Positions 17,593 through 28,173 of a stretch of 64,000 bases of DNA are shown piece after piece. The notes under the pieces are model-generated. The model saw nothing but the letters and a program-made list of their open reading frames with translations, did no database searches and had not been told where the DNA came from. Within the stretch, counting starts at the first letter, position 1; every line of letters starts with the position of its first letter. Location of the stretch: assembly GCA_964590255.1 (NCBI GenBank), contig CAZPYA010000013.1, forward strand, positions 1,549 through 65,548, read 5' to 3'. The stretch comes from an uncultured bacterium. GTDB lineage: Bacteria > Armatimonadota > Hebobacteria > CAIYQO01. Both the position numbers and the translations under genes were made by a program.

Positions 17593-18495
17593 TTAGTTCG
17601 CCGGCGCGGTAAACGCCGCGTCCTTTTCTACCTTTACCTGCTTCATCCAGCCGGTCATTGTCATGTTGCCGCTCATGTTCATCGCTTCCCCCGTCTCCGG
17701 GTTCTTCATTGACATGGCCATCGTCATGGCGCCGCTGAAGCTGCCGCTGAAAAGCGCGCCGGCCGCCTCGTCGAAGAGGGTGGTGGCTTTCGCGGTCATG
17801 TTCATGGTCATGCTCATGCCCAGGCTCGAACCGTCAGGCGCTTTCATCGCCGTTTTCGGCATCTTCATCGTCATCGCCGTGTCGACCTGCATAAGGTTTT
17901 TGCCGTCAGTCACCTTCGTGCCGACATATTTGTACAAGCCAGCGATATCGAGTTTCATGCCGGGCATCGGTTCAACCGGCGGCATGGTCATCTTCCAGGT
18001 GTCGCCGACGGACAGTTCTCTGTTCGGGAATTCAATGGCGCCGCCGAGCTGACTGATCATGTTCTGATTCATGCCCATGCCGCCCATGCCCTGCATGCCC
18101 TTCAGCATCTCCGCGCCTTCGCCGGACATTTCCATGTTGCTGACCTTCCCCTGCGGCGTGCGCTCAAACGTCATCGTCATGCCGGGGAACGCCTGCTTCA
18201 TGTCCTTGCCGTCCATGGTCATGGTGATCGAGCCGTCTTTCAACTCATCCATGATCTGCGCGGAGCCGTCATTGGCTACCTGCAGCACCTTTTCCCGCAC
18301 GGTGAATGTCATCACCATGTTCATCGGCATGGCGCCTTGACCGGGGATGTTGAAGGAACCCTTCATCGTGTAGGACGCCTTGTACGTGCGCGTTACTCCC
18401 GCCACGTCCTTATACTGCAGGCGTGCCGCTTGCGCGGTGAGGGTGGCTCCGATGGCCAGTATCGTGAGTAGAACGACCAGCAAACTCTTTCGCAT
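17593..18495 (-). CDS. secreted methionine-rich protein of unknown function
   Basis: It has a signal peptide, MRKSLLVVLLTILAIGATLTAQA. I counted about 42 Met in 300 aa by hand, mostly in MxM/MxMxM strings. RBS GGAAGGAGG and a TATAAT box lie upstream. Confidence 0.8.
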   Translation of the reverse strand: MRKSLLVVLLTILAIGATLTAQAARLQYKDVAGVTRTYKASYTMKGSFNIPGQGAMPMNMVMTFTVREKVLQVANDGSAQIMDELKDGSITMTMDGKDMKQAFPGMTMTFERTPQGKVSNMEMSGEGAEMLKGMQGMGGMGMNQNMISQLGGAIEFPNRELSVGDTWKMTMPPVEPMPGMKLDIAGLYKYVGTKVTDGKNLMQVDTAMTMKMPKTAMKAPDGSSLGMSMTMNMTAKATTLFDEAAGALFSGSFSGAMTMAMSMKNPETGEAMNMSGNMTMTGWMKQVKVEKDAAFTAPAN

Positions 18496-18528
18496 GTGCG
18501 CCTCCTTCCAGCGTGTACTGTATATTCC

Positions 18529-18534
18529 ATTATA
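18529..18534 (-). promoter_or_regulatory. candidate -10 box (TATAAT) for the Met-rich protein gene
   Basis: The minus strand reads GTCAGTTATAATGG about 35 nt upstream of the ATG. There is no good -35. Confidence 0.3.
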
Positions 18535-18542
18535 ACTGACAT

Positions 18543-20672
18543 TTATCGCAGTGTGGCGGCCAACTCATTAATAAGTGATTGGCGTACCAGCGTCATCGCC
18601 GTGTCGACTTCGTCATCGGCCAGCGTGCGCTCTTCGGCGCGGAATGTGAGCCGATACGCGAGGCTGCGCAGGCCGTCCGGGATGCCGGCGCCTTTATACA
18701 CGTCGAATAGCTCCAGGTTTTCCAGGTTCGTCCCTGCTGCCGCGTGGATAACCGTCTCCACCTGCCGCGCGGGCTGATCGTCGCGCACCAGGAAGGCGAT
18801 GTCACGGTCCACCGCCGGGAAGCGGGACAGCGACGGCGACGGCCGGAGCTGGCCTGCCACGTCCATTAGCGCATCGGTGTTGATTTCCGCCACATAGGCG
18901 CGGCCCGGCAGGTCGAAATTGCCGGTGACGCGCGGGTGTACCTCGCCGAAGTAGGCGATGAGGCGTCCGCCGGCGCGCACCTCGGCAGTGCGGCCCGGGT
19001 GAAGCGTCGGGTGCATGCCGGGGCGATAGCTCACGTCGGCAATACCGAGATCAGCGAAGAGCTGTTCCAGAATCCCTTTCAACCAGTAGAAATCCACCGT
19101 GCTATCGCCGCCGTCCCAGCGCGCGGTCCACGGCCGGCCCATCACCGCGATGCCCGCGGCCCGCTGCTCAAGCGGCAGAATATCGGCGTCCTGCACGCGC
19201 ACGTCCACATCCACCCGCCGCTCGTGCGGGGCATAGTCGAAACGCAGGCCGCCGCCGGTATTGCGGAAGATGCGGCCGATCTCGAATATCTGCACGTCGC
19301 CGATGTTGCGCCGGGCGTTATTGCGCAGCGATTCGAGCAGCGAGATCAGCAGGGTGGGGCGGAGATGCGTGAATTCTTCCGATTTCGGGTTGCGCAGCGT
19401 GACGATCTCCGTCCGCTCCGGCGCCGCCTCGGGGAGTTGCATTAGCTCAAGTGTGCGATAATCGATGAGGCTGTAGGCGATGCCCTCGTATAGCCCGGCG
19501 CCGGTGAGCAGCTCGCGCACCTTGCCTTCAAATTCCAGCTCCGGCGCCAGCCGTCCGGCGTGGGTGATGTTGCCCGGCACGCGGGTGGGAATGCGCTCGT
19601 AGCCGTAGATGCGCGCCACCTCTTCGATCAGGTCCATCTCTTCCACCAGGTCGGGGCGGAAAGTGGGGATGGTCACGCTCAATATGCCGTCGTCCTCGCG
19701 GACGCCCATCTCCAGGCCGGTCAGCGCGGCGACCATTTCGACGGTGTCGATCTCGGTGCCCAGCACGGCATTCACTCGCATGGGGCGCAGCATGATGACA
19801 CGCTGGCCGGGCAGGTCGGCCTTCACGTCGATAACGCCTTGCGCCACCGTCCCGCCGGCCCATTCCACGATCAGTTGCGCCACGCGGTCGACGGCACGCG
19901 CCACGCCCGCCGGGTCGACGATGCGCTCGAAGCGATAGGACGATTCCGTGCTCAGCGTGTTGGCGCGGGCGGTTTTGCGGATGCTGGTGCGGTCGAAATG
20001 CGCGGACTCCAGCAGCAGGTTCACCGTCTCCGGCGTCACCTCGCTCTCCAGGCCGCCCATGATGCCTGCCAGCGCCACCGGGTGCGCGGCGTCGGCGATG
20101 ACCAGCATGTTGGCGGTCAGCGCGCGCTCGACACCGTCCAGCGTGGTGAAGGGCTCATCGGGACGGGCGCGGCGTACTACGATGGTACAGTCGGTCAGGC
20201 GGTCCAGGTCGAAGGCATGCAGCGGTTGGCCCAGTTCCAGCATCACGTAGTTCGTGGCATCCACCACGTTGTTGATGGGGCGCACACCGGCTTCCGTCAA
20301 CCGCTTCTGCACATAGGCGGGGGACGGGCCAATGGTGACGCCGCATACCACACGCGCCGCGTATCGCGGGCACAGGTCGGGTGCTTCGACGATCACCGTT
20401 GCCAGCGTCTCGACGGCGGGGCCGGCTTCCGGCATGCTGACGGGAGGGTGAGCGACATGGCCGCTGAAGAGTGCCGCCACCTCACGAGCAATCCCCGTCA
20501 TACTCAATGCATCGCCGCGGTTCGACGTCACGGAGACGTCGAGCACCGCCTCGCCGTTCACCTCATGAATCTCTTCTACTTCAAACCCGGCCATGGTCAG
20601 GCGATCTGCCAGTTCGCGCGGGGTCACCGGCACCGGGACATATTCTTGCAGCCAGCCATACGGCACTCGCAT
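18543..20672 (-). CDS. pheT: phenylalanine--tRNA ligase beta subunit (short form)
   Basis: The N-terminus MRVPYGWLQEYVP..LTMAGFEVEE is followed directly by LDVSVTSNRGDALS. B3/4, B5 and FDX-ACB-like regions follow. Total length is 709 aa. Confidence 0.9.
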   Translation of the reverse strand: MRVPYGWLQEYVPVPVTPRELADRLTMAGFEVEEIHEVNGEAVLDVSVTSNRGDALSMTGIAREVAALFSGHVAHPPVSMPEAGPAVETLATVIVEAPDLCPRYAARVVCGVTIGPSPAYVQKRLTEAGVRPINNVVDATNYVMLELGQPLHAFDLDRLTDCTIVVRRARPDEPFTTLDGVERALTANMLVIADAAHPVALAGIMGGLESEVTPETVNLLLESAHFDRTSIRKTARANTLSTESSYRFERIVDPAGVARAVDRVAQLIVEWAGGTVAQGVIDVKADLPGQRVIMLRPMRVNAVLGTEIDTVEMVAALTGLEMGVREDDGILSVTIPTFRPDLVEEMDLIEEVARIYGYERIPTRVPGNITHAGRLAPELEFEGKVRELLTGAGLYEGIAYSLIDYRTLELMQLPEAAPERTEIVTLRNPKSEEFTHLRPTLLISLLESLRNNARRNIGDVQIFEIGRIFRNTGGGLRFDYAPHERRVDVDVRVQDADILPLEQRAAGIAVMGRPWTARWDGGDSTVDFYWLKGILEQLFADLGIADVSYRPGMHPTLHPGRTAEVRAGGRLIAYFGEVHPRVTGNFDLPGRAYVAEINTDALMDVAGQLRPSPSLSRFPAVDRDIAFLVRDDQPARQVETVIHAAAGTNLENLELFDVYKGAGIPDGLRSLAYRLTFRAEERTLADDEVDTAMTLVRQSLINELAATLR

Positions 20673-20683
20673 GTACTAATACC

Positions 20684-20998
20684 TCAATTCTGCGATGACT
20701 CGGAGGATGCGGCGTCGATGGGCGCCGAGTCGGCCGCGCGCGACACGCGACGACCTTGTAGCAGGTGGACGACTACCATCAGCAGGAAGCAAACCCCGCC
20801 CAGCAGCGCCACGGCCTGCCAGGACCAGGTGAGCAGCCAGACGGTGGCCAACGCCAGCACGGTCACGAACAACCCGATCAGCCGCGTAAACCAGGGCGGG
20901 AAAACGGCAGGCAGATACGGGGCGAGACCGAACAGCGCAACACCGGCCGCCGCCGTGGCGACAGCCCATAACACTTCGGGAGTCCGGAAGGCGTCCAT
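20684..20998 (-). CDS. small integral membrane protein, unknown function
   Basis: It has three hydrophobic helices. The start is at ATG 20998, preceded by GGAGGA. Its stop lies 11 nt before the pheT start. Confidence 0.55.
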   Translation of the reverse strand: MDAFRTPEVLWAVATAAAGVALFGLAPYLPAVFPPWFTRLIGLFVTVLALATVWLLTWSWQAVALLGGVCFLLMVVVHLLQGRRVSRAADSAPIDAASSESSQN

Positions 20999-21059
20999 CG
21001 ATCCTCCGCGTGTCATTATACCCGCCATGCGGAGCGCTCGCAAGGTCACGCGGGCGCGG

Positions 21060-22214
21060 TCAGGTGCGTTTGATCAACTCGTCGGCGATGGCGGATTTCA
21101 ATCGCTGGGTGACGAGGGCGCTCAACGCCTCTAGCGTCGTGCCGGCGGCGTCGGCGTCGGCCTGGGTGAGAGTGAAAACGGGCATCCAGCGCATGCGCAC
21201 CGTGGCCACGCCGGCGGTTACGTCGCGGGCGATGTCGAACTGCTGGATATAATCCTTCGACAGGCGGCGGTTGATGGAGGCGGCGGCGTCTTCCGCGCGG
21301 GCTTTCACGCTCTCCGCCTCACCGGCCCTGGTGACGGTGAACAGGTTCGTCCCACCCAGCCGCAGCGCGTAGCCTTCCTTGCCGTCATTCACCGGCTGCG
21401 CGTCGGCGCGGAACTTCACCACGTTCCAAATATTCAGCTTCACGCCGAGTTCTTTCAGCTTTTCTTCGATCAACCGCTTACGATCTTCTGAGTAGGGATG
21501 AGTTTTAAACATCCCCATCTCGACGAAGGGGTGGCGGTGTTCGATCTGCCGAAAACCGAGAATGACGGAGTAGAGGCCGTTGGGATCGTATTTCTTCGTG
21601 GCGGCCAGGTAAGTGAGAGCTTTGTCGTCCGCTTCGATCTCCAGGTCCACGGTATAGCCGTTCAGTAGCGCCTGCTTCACCATCTGGCTAGCGGCAATCA
21701 CCTGCCCGGGTCCCAACTCGCCCCCCTTGTTCGCGTAGATCGCGAGCAGAATGGTGAGAAACTGCGCCGAACTGATGATACCGTCCTTCGCCGTCAGCTT
21801 CTTCGCGTGGCGCATGGCATTGTGGGCGATTTCGTGCGCGAGCACTCCGGCCAGTTCGTGGTCGCTCTCCACTGCGTTCAGCAGGCCTTTTGTCACGTAA
21901 ACCGTGCCGCCGGGGATGGCCATGGCGTTTAGCGCGCCGGTGTCGAGAATTTTCAGTGTGTAGATGACGCCCGGGCGGTCGGTATGGGGGATAATGTCGT
22001 TGACGATGGTGGTGAGGCGCGTGATGGCCACCTCATCCTTCACCAGCTTGAATTCCGCCTCGATCTGCTCGGCGGTTTTCTTGCCGAGTTCGGCCTCGGC
22101 GGCCGTGGTGTCATTGACAGGCGGTTTCGGCGCCACCGCCGGCTCGCTAGCCCGCGTCAGCGGCATCGAGCCGAGCAGGAGGATTATCAGCATCACGAAT
22201 GACGGCGCGCGCAT
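21060..22214 (-). CDS. M48-family zinc metallopeptidase, secreted
   Basis: It contains HEIAHNAMRH (HExxH) and the signal peptide MRAPSFVMLIILLLGSMPLTRA. The start is at ATG 22214, with a GAAGAGGTGG RBS. Confidence 0.75.
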   Translation of the reverse strand: MRAPSFVMLIILLLGSMPLTRASEPAVAPKPPVNDTTAAEAELGKKTAEQIEAEFKLVKDEVAITRLTTIVNDIIPHTDRPGVIYTLKILDTGALNAMAIPGGTVYVTKGLLNAVESDHELAGVLAHEIAHNAMRHAKKLTAKDGIISSAQFLTILLAIYANKGGELGPGQVIAASQMVKQALLNGYTVDLEIEADDKALTYLAATKKYDPNGLYSVILGFRQIEHRHPFVEMGMFKTHPYSEDRKRLIEEKLKELGVKLNIWNVVKFRADAQPVNDGKEGYALRLGGTNLFTVTRAGEAESVKARAEDAAASINRRLSKDYIQQFDIARDVTAGVATVRMRWMPVFTLTQADADAAGTTLEALSALVTQRLKSAIADELIKRT

Positions 22215-22293
22215 ACCCACCTCTTCCTGTGAGAATCGATTGTATTGTACCACGTCCATGGCACGGGTAATCGTCCGCGACGGACGACGGTAT

Positions 22294-24198
22294 TCAGCCT
22301 TGCTTCCGCGCGGACGGCGCATCGGAGGCGCGGTCGCCGGTCACAATTTCGCGTACCGCCGCGGCAATCCCGTCGGCATCGAGACCGAGCTGGTGCAGCA
22401 GCAGTCCGCGCGCGCCATGCTCAATGAAGCGGTCGGGGATGCCCAGGTTCCGGCATGGGACGGTGAACCCGTGCTCGGCCAGTGCCTGGGCGACGGCGGC
22501 GCCGAAACCGCCGGTGACGACGTTTTCTTCCACCGTTACGATGTAGCGAACCCGACCGGCGCAGTCCAGCAGCGTCTCCGTATCCAGCGGTTTCACGAAG
22601 CGTGCGTTGATCACCGTCGCGTCGATGCCATGCTCTGCCAGTCGCTCCGCGGCTTCCAGCGCCGGGCCCACCATGGTGCCGATGGCGAAGAGCGCGACAT
22701 CGGCGCCGTCGCGCAGCACGGCCGCCCGTCCGGCGGCGATGCCGTCCAGCGCGCCGGCCTCCGCCAGGTTCGCCGAGCCGCGCGGGTAGCGTATCGCGCA
22801 GGGTGTTTCCATGCGCAGCGCGGCGTCGAGCATGGCAGGCAGCTCGTCAAGCGACGCCGGGGCCATCAGGGTGAGGTGCGGCATGGTGCGCAGGTAGGAA
22901 AGATCGAATACGCCGTGATGGGTGGCGCCGTCCTCGCCCACTAGTCCGGCGCGGTCGAGGGCGAAGATCACCGGGAAGCGCTGCAGGCAGACGTCGTGGA
23001 TGATCTGATCGTAGCTGCGCTGCAGGAAGGTGGAGTAGATCGCCACGATGGGGCGCAGGCCTTCGCGCGCCATGCCCGCCGCCATCGTCACCGCGTGCTC
23101 TTCCGCCATGCCTACGTCATAAAATCGTTCGGGAAAACACGCGCGGAAGTCGGCGAGGCCGGTGCCGTCGCACATCGCGGCGCTGATCGCCGTCACGCGG
23201 GAGTCGACTTCCGCCAGCCGGCAGACGGCATCGCCGAATACCTCGGTGAAGGTATCGCCGGTGCTGGGCCGCACCGGGGCGCCGGTCTCCAGGTCGAATT
23301 CCGGCACCGCGTGCAGGCGGCAGTGGTGATTCTCCGCGGGAGAATAGCCCTTCCCCTTGGCGGTGAGCACGTGCAGCAGCACCGGGCCAGACATCTCGCG
23401 CACCTGCTGGAGGATATCCAGCAATTTATTGATATCGTGGCCGTCCACCGGGCCGATATAGGTGAAGCCCAGGTCTTCGAAAAACATGCCACGTATGACC
23501 ATCTGCTTCACGGCGGCTTTGATGCGCTCGATGAGGTCGATGAGATGCCGCCCGCCCGGCACGCGCTGCAGGAAGGCTTTGAAGCGCGTTTTCACCCGGC
23601 GATATTCCGGCCGGCTGCGCAGCTTGTTGAGATAACTGGCCAGCGCGCCGACGTTCGGCGAGATGGCCATGGCGTTGTCATTGAGGATCACCAGCAGGTT
23701 TTCGCTGGAGTGGCCAGCGTCATTCAATGCTTCCAGCGCCATGCCCGAGTTGAGCGCGCCATCGCCGATCACCGCCAGGACCTTGCCCGGCGTGCCCATG
23801 CGAACCCGGCCGCGAGCGATGCCCAGCGCGGCGGAGAGGGACGTGCCGCCGTGGCCGGCGTCGAAGGCGTCGTGCGGGCTTTCCGCACGCTTGACGAATC
23901 CGGCAAGGCCGCCGAATTGGCGCAAGGTGGAGAACTGGTCGCGCCGCCCGGTGAGCAGCTTATGCGTGTAGGCCTGGTGGCTCACGTCCCAGACAAAGGC
24001 GTCGGTGGGGCTGTCGTAGATGTAATGCAGCGCCAGCGTCAGTTCGACGACGCCCAGGTTGGCGCCCAGGTGGCCGCCTGTCTGAGCAACCGCCTGCAGC
24101 AGGAACTGCCGTATCTCGTCCGCCAGTTGTGGGAGCTGAGCGCGAGGTATCTGTTTAACGTCAGCAGGTGATTCTATTTGCTCCAGCAGGGATGTCAC
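22294..24198 (-). CDS. dxs: 1-deoxy-D-xylulose-5-phosphate synthase
   Basis: Similarity runs along the full length. It includes GHLGANLGVVELTLALH, the TPP motif GDGALNSGMALEALN, and transketolase-like C-terminal domains. The probable start is GTG 24198 (VTSLLEQIESP). Confidence 0.9.
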   Translation of the reverse strand: MTSLLEQIESPADVKQIPRAQLPQLADEIRQFLLQAVAQTGGHLGANLGVVELTLALHYIYDSPTDAFVWDVSHQAYTHKLLTGRRDQFSTLRQFGGLAGFVKRAESPHDAFDAGHGGTSLSAALGIARGRVRMGTPGKVLAVIGDGALNSGMALEALNDAGHSSENLLVILNDNAMAISPNVGALASYLNKLRSRPEYRRVKTRFKAFLQRVPGGRHLIDLIERIKAAVKQMVIRGMFFEDLGFTYIGPVDGHDINKLLDILQQVREMSGPVLLHVLTAKGKGYSPAENHHCRLHAVPEFDLETGAPVRPSTGDTFTEVFGDAVCRLAEVDSRVTAISAAMCDGTGLADFRACFPERFYDVGMAEEHAVTMAAGMAREGLRPIVAIYSTFLQRSYDQIIHDVCLQRFPVIFALDRAGLVGEDGATHHGVFDLSYLRTMPHLTLMAPASLDELPAMLDAALRMETPCAIRYPRGSANLAEAGALDGIAAGRAAVLRDGADVALFAIGTMVGPALEAAERLAEHGIDATVINARFVKPLDTETLLDCAGRVRYIVTVEENVVTGGFGAAVAQALAEHGFTVPCRNLGIPDRFIEHGARGLLLHQLGLDADGIAAAVREIVTGDRASDAPSARKQG

Positions 24199-24283
24199 GC
24201 GTGCAAGGCCTTTCGCCCCAAAGATACCAGAGAATCGCTTTTCGCGCCATAGGGCGAAGCGCATCCACCTGTCGCGTCTCGCG

Positions 24284-25231
24284 TCAATCGCACGGCAAAT
24301 CGCGCATCTCATCCGGATGGCGGTCATTTTTCGGGGACGGCGGCGGCGGCACGTTCCCGGCGGCGTCCAGATCAGCCATCCGCTGCTTGCGCAGGCGCAG
24401 CGTAACGAGGATCACCAGGATGATGGCCGCCGGTGCATAGACGATGGGGGAGTTGAGCAGGAGAATCCAAAAGAGATAATCGGGGACGCTATTGATCCAG
24501 CGGCGCAGCCACTGCTCTTCCGTCAATCCGGTAACGGCATACAGGGCAGCGGGGAACGACTCGCCGTCATCCGCTATGCGCGCGAGGATCGTCCGCATGG
24601 CCCGGGGGTACTGCGCCTCCAGCCAGGAGACCATGGCGCGCGTCTGCACGTAAGCGACATCGTTGTGCGCGTGGGTGGCGAATGCGCGGTCCAGGGCATC
24701 CAGCGAGAAGACGCCGTCGCGGTGGGTCATCAGCGCCACCTTGCGCATGTCATCGCGGCTGAGCGGATCGGAGAGCAAGCCGGCAATCCCCTCGTTCACC
24801 CAGACCGGCAGATCGTTGAGCGCGATGCCAAGCCGCTGGGAGAGCAGGCTGTGCGTGAGCTCGTGCGCCAGTGTGCGGCGCAGGCTGTAGGCTTCGCGTG
24901 AGGCATCGAGGCGGATGATGCCACTCGGCGAATAGGAGACGCCGACGGTATACGGGGAGTTCTGCGTCTCGGCGTGGAATTCATCGGCCCGGCGATACGC
25001 ATATATATCGATGGTTGCTGGCCGCGCCACCCCCAGCGCGGTGGTAATGCGCGGCAGGTCGCCGCGCGCCATCGTGCCGATCTCCCCCGCCAGCGCTTCC
25101 TCACCCGGATGCACGAATACCCGCACGCTGCCATGCATCCGCGCAACCCAGGTTGCCGCGCTGGCCGGCGCCGGAACGAGACCCAGCAGGCTTATCAATA
25201 ACAGCAGCATTATGCCCATGCGTGTGCCCAA
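24284..25231 (-). CDS. putative zinc metallopeptidase (MA-clan like) with C-terminal TM anchor
   Basis: It has an N-terminal signal peptide, HELTHS (HExxH) with NEGIAG downstream, and a C-terminal hydrophobic helix LLNSPIVYAPAAIILVILV. Confidence 0.55.
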   Translation of the reverse strand: MGTRMGIMLLLLISLLGLVPAPASAATWVARMHGSVRVFVHPGEEALAGEIGTMARGDLPRITTALGVARPATIDIYAYRRADEFHAETQNSPYTVGVSYSPSGIIRLDASREAYSLRRTLAHELTHSLLSQRLGIALNDLPVWVNEGIAGLLSDPLSRDDMRKVALMTHRDGVFSLDALDRAFATHAHNDVAYVQTRAMVSWLEAQYPRAMRTILARIADDGESFPAALYAVTGLTEEQWLRRWINSVPDYLFWILLLNSPIVYAPAAIILVILVTLRLRKQRMADLDAAGNVPPPPSPKNDRHPDEMRDLPCD

Positions 25232-25410
25232 TTGTGCGACGGCGTCGCTATGTATGCGTCCTCCAGGTTAGGCGCCAGGTATTTCTTCAGCCATTTCGGC
25301 CAAAACCCACGCAAACTACACCACTCCGGCTCCTCGCTGATACTATCACATAATACCCGATACGCAACAGGAGACACCTTCGACGCCATGAACAGCCGTG
25401 TGTGATTCGC

Positions 25411-25440
25411 TTGGTGCGGACGGCGCATTGCGGGTACAAT
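25411..25440 (+). promoter_or_regulatory. candidate sigma70-type promoter for copZ-copA
   Basis: TTGGTG (25411-25416), an 18-nt spacer, then TACAAT (25435-25440). The GAAGGAGGA RBS follows before ATG 25478. Confidence 0.35.
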
Positions 25441-25477
25441 ACCAGCGGACGCATCAGCCATCGAAGGAGGAAGCGCG

Positions 25478-25708
25478 ATGATGACGGTACATTTTACCGT
25501 GAAGGGGATGAGCTGTTCCGGTTGCTCGCAAAGCATCATGCGAAAATTGACCAATACCGCCGGCGTGCAGCACGCCACGGCCGACCACGTGGCCGGCACA
25601 GCCGACGTCACCTTCGACGAACAATTGGTGTCACCGACGGCGTTGTGCGAAGTCATCGAAAACCTGGGCTTCGACTCGACGATGCACAGCGTGCCGGCAG
25701 AGGGGTAG
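25478..25708 (+). CDS. copZ: copper chaperone, heavy-metal-associated domain protein
   Basis: It contains GMSCSGC (MxCxxC) within a 76-aa HMA fold. Confidence 0.85.
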   Translation: MMTVHFTVKGMSCSGCSQSIMRKLTNTAGVQHATADHVAGTADVTFDEQLVSPTALCEVIENLGFDSTMHSVPAEG

Positions 25709-25718
25709 GGAGACGGGT

Positions 25719-28172
25719 GTGAAACGCATCGATCTCCCGATCGAAGGGATGCACTGCGCCAGTTGCGCGGCGAATATCGAACGGCGCCTGCGCCGGGAAA
25801 CCGGCGTCGAGACGGCCGGCGTGAACTACGCCACCGAGACGGCCAGCATATCTTATGATGAGACGCAAACCACGCCGGCGCAACTGGTGGCGGCAGTAGA
25901 GGATGTTGGCTTCGCCGTGACCGCGCTCGCCACAACGTTTCCCGTCGAGGGCATCTCCTGCGCCGCGTGCGTGGCGCGCATCGAAAAAGTGCTGGGGCGG
26001 AAGCCGGGCATACTTTCCGCCGTGGTGAATTTCGCCACGCGCATCGCCACCGTCACCTACCTGCCAACGATGATCACCCCTGCCGACCTGTATGCCGCCG
26101 TACGCGACGCCGGCTTCCAGGTGCCGGTGGAGCCGGAGACGGTACACGAAACCGCCGACCTCGTCGACGTGCAGCGGCAGCGCGCCGACCGCGAACTGCG
26201 GGCGCTCTCCCGGTCACTGTGGACGGCGGGCGCACTTAGCCTTATCGTCTTTCTTGTCAGCCACCTGGAGATGTTCCGCATCACCAATCTCCCTGCGATG
26301 CCCACGGCGTGGACGCTGTTCATCCTCGCCACGATCGTACAGTTTGGGCCGGGCTGGCGCTTTTACGTCGGCGCTTGGGCGGGTCTGAAGCATCTCACCG
26401 CCGACATGAACACGCTCATCGCGCTGGGCACCACCGCGGCATGGGGGTACAGCACGGCGGTGCTGCTCTTCCCGCACGCCTTCATGGGGCACGGCGGCAA
26501 CCCGCTGCATCTGCTCTATTTCGATACCTCGGTGGTGATCATCACCCTCATCCTGCTCGGACGCTATTTTGAAGCGCGGGCGCGCTCGCGCACCTCCGAC
26601 GCCATCCGCAAACTGATGGGCCTGCAGGCGAAAACTGCGCGGGTGCTGCGCGACGGCGAAGTAGTGGATGTGCCGGTGGAAACGGTGCAACCCGGCGATT
26701 TGGTGCTGGTGCGCCCCGGCGAAAAGGTGCCGGTGGACGGCGACATCGTCGAGGGGCACTCGGCGGTGGACGAATCGATGCTCACCGGCGAGTCGATCCC
26801 CGTGGAAAAGGGCCCGGGTGATGCCGTAATCGGCGCCACCTTGAACCGCACCGGCGCGTTCACCTTTCGCGCGCGCCGCGTGGGCCGCGACACCATGCTG
26901 GCGCAGATTATCCGTCTGGTGGAGCAGGCGCAGGGGACGAAAGCCCCGGTGCAGCGACTGGCGGACCGCGTGGCGGGCATCTTCGTGCCCATCGTACTGC
27001 TCATCGCCGTGCTCACGCTGGTCGTCTGGCTGCTGGTGCCCGGTGGCACGCTGTCGCAGGCGATGCTGCACTTCGTCGCCGTGCTCATTATCGCCTGCCC
27101 CTGCGCGTTGGGCTTGGCCACGCCCACCGCCATCATGGTCGGCGCCGGCCGCGCGGCGGAGTTGGGCATCCTCATCAAGGGCGGCGATGTGCTGGAGCGC
27201 GCACAGGCGCTGACCACCGTGGTGCTGGACAAAACCGGCACTATTACCCGCGGCGAACCGACGGTGATGGCGATTTTCGCGATGGACAGCGACGAGAACG
27301 CGCTGCTTACCCTCGCCGCCGCCGCGGAATTCGGCTCCGAGCACCCGCTTGGTGAAGCGGTGGTCCGCGAGGCGCAGGCGCGCAACTTGTCGCTGCCACC
27401 GGTGGCCGATTTCCACGCCGAACCGGGACGCGGCATTGCCGCCACGGTAGACGGACGCCGCCTGTTGCTCGGCAACGAAGCGTTCCTGCGCGAAAACAAT
27501 ATCACCATCGATCCGCTCGCGGAACGCGCCGCCGCCATGGCTGATGCCGGACAGACGCCGCTCTTCATCGCCGGCGACGGCGCTCCCGCCGGGCTCATCG
27601 CCGTGGCGGATCCCATCCGTCCCGGCGCCGCGCAGGCGATTCGTCGCTTCCAGGCGATCGGGTTGCGGACTATACTGCTCACCGGCGACCACAAGCGGGT
27701 GGGGGAGGCCGTCGGGCGCGCGGTGGGCATCGATCACGTCATCGCCGAGGTGCTGCCCCATCACAAAGCGCAAGAGATTATCCGCCTGCAGCAGACCGGC
27801 GCCGTGGTGGCGATAGTTGGCGACGGCATCAATGACGCTCCCGCGCTGGCGCAGGCAGACATCGGCGTGGCGGTGGGCAGCGGCGCCGACGTTGCGTTGG
27901 AAGCCTCCGACATTACCCTCATCGGCGACGATCTCTACGGCGTCGTCACCGGCATCGATCTTAGCCGGCGCACCCTCCGCGTCATCCGCCAGAATCTCTT
28001 CTGGGCTTTCGTGTATAATGTGCTCGGTATTCCGGTGGCGGCAGGCGTGCTCACCGGCGCCGGCATCGAACTCTCGCCCATCCTTGCCGCCGCGGCCATG
28101 GCGTTCAGCTCCGTCTTCGTCGTCAGCAACTCGCTGCGCCTGAAGGGGTACCAGCCGCCGGAAGCCGAGTAA
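25719..28172 (+). CDS. copA: copper-translocating P1B-type ATPase
   Basis: It has two N-terminal HMA domains (GMHCASC, GISCAAC), the CPC motif in TM6, DKTGT, and GDGINDAP. The start codon is GTG. Confidence 0.95.
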   Translation: MKRIDLPIEGMHCASCAANIERRLRRETGVETAGVNYATETASISYDETQTTPAQLVAAVEDVGFAVTALATTFPVEGISCAACVARIEKVLGRKPGILSAVVNFATRIATVTYLPTMITPADLYAAVRDAGFQVPVEPETVHETADLVDVQRQRADRELRALSRSLWTAGALSLIVFLVSHLEMFRITNLPAMPTAWTLFILATIVQFGPGWRFYVGAWAGLKHLTADMNTLIALGTTAAWGYSTAVLLFPHAFMGHGGNPLHLLYFDTSVVIITLILLGRYFEARARSRTSDAIRKLMGLQAKTARVLRDGEVVDVPVETVQPGDLVLVRPGEKVPVDGDIVEGHSAVDESMLTGESIPVEKGPGDAVIGATLNRTGAFTFRARRVGRDTMLAQIIRLVEQAQGTKAPVQRLADRVAGIFVPIVLLIAVLTLVVWLLVPGGTLSQAMLHFVAVLIIACPCALGLATPTAIMVGAGRAAELGILIKGGDVLERAQALTTVVLDKTGTITRGEPTVMAIFAMDSDENALLTLAAAAEFGSEHPLGEAVVREAQARNLSLPPVADFHAEPGRGIAATVDGRRLLLGNEAFLRENNITIDPLAERAAAMADAGQTPLFIAGDGAPAGLIAVADPIRPGAAQAIRRFQAIGLRTILLTGDHKRVGEAVGRAVGIDHVIAEVLPHHKAQEIIRLQQTGAVVAIVGDGINDAPALAQADIGVAVGSGADVALEASDITLIGDDLYGVVTGIDLSRRTLRVIRQNLFWAFVYNVLGIPVAAGVLTGAGIELSPILAAAAMAFSSVFVVSNSLRLKGYQPPEAE

Positions 28173-28173
28173 T

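Noticed and set aside
25232-25477. Search for a CueR/MerR-type (19-20-bp spacer) or CsoR/CopY operator upstream of copZ-copA.
   Set aside because: I could find no convincing dyad and there is no regulator gene nearby. Only a generic -35/-10 candidate is reported.
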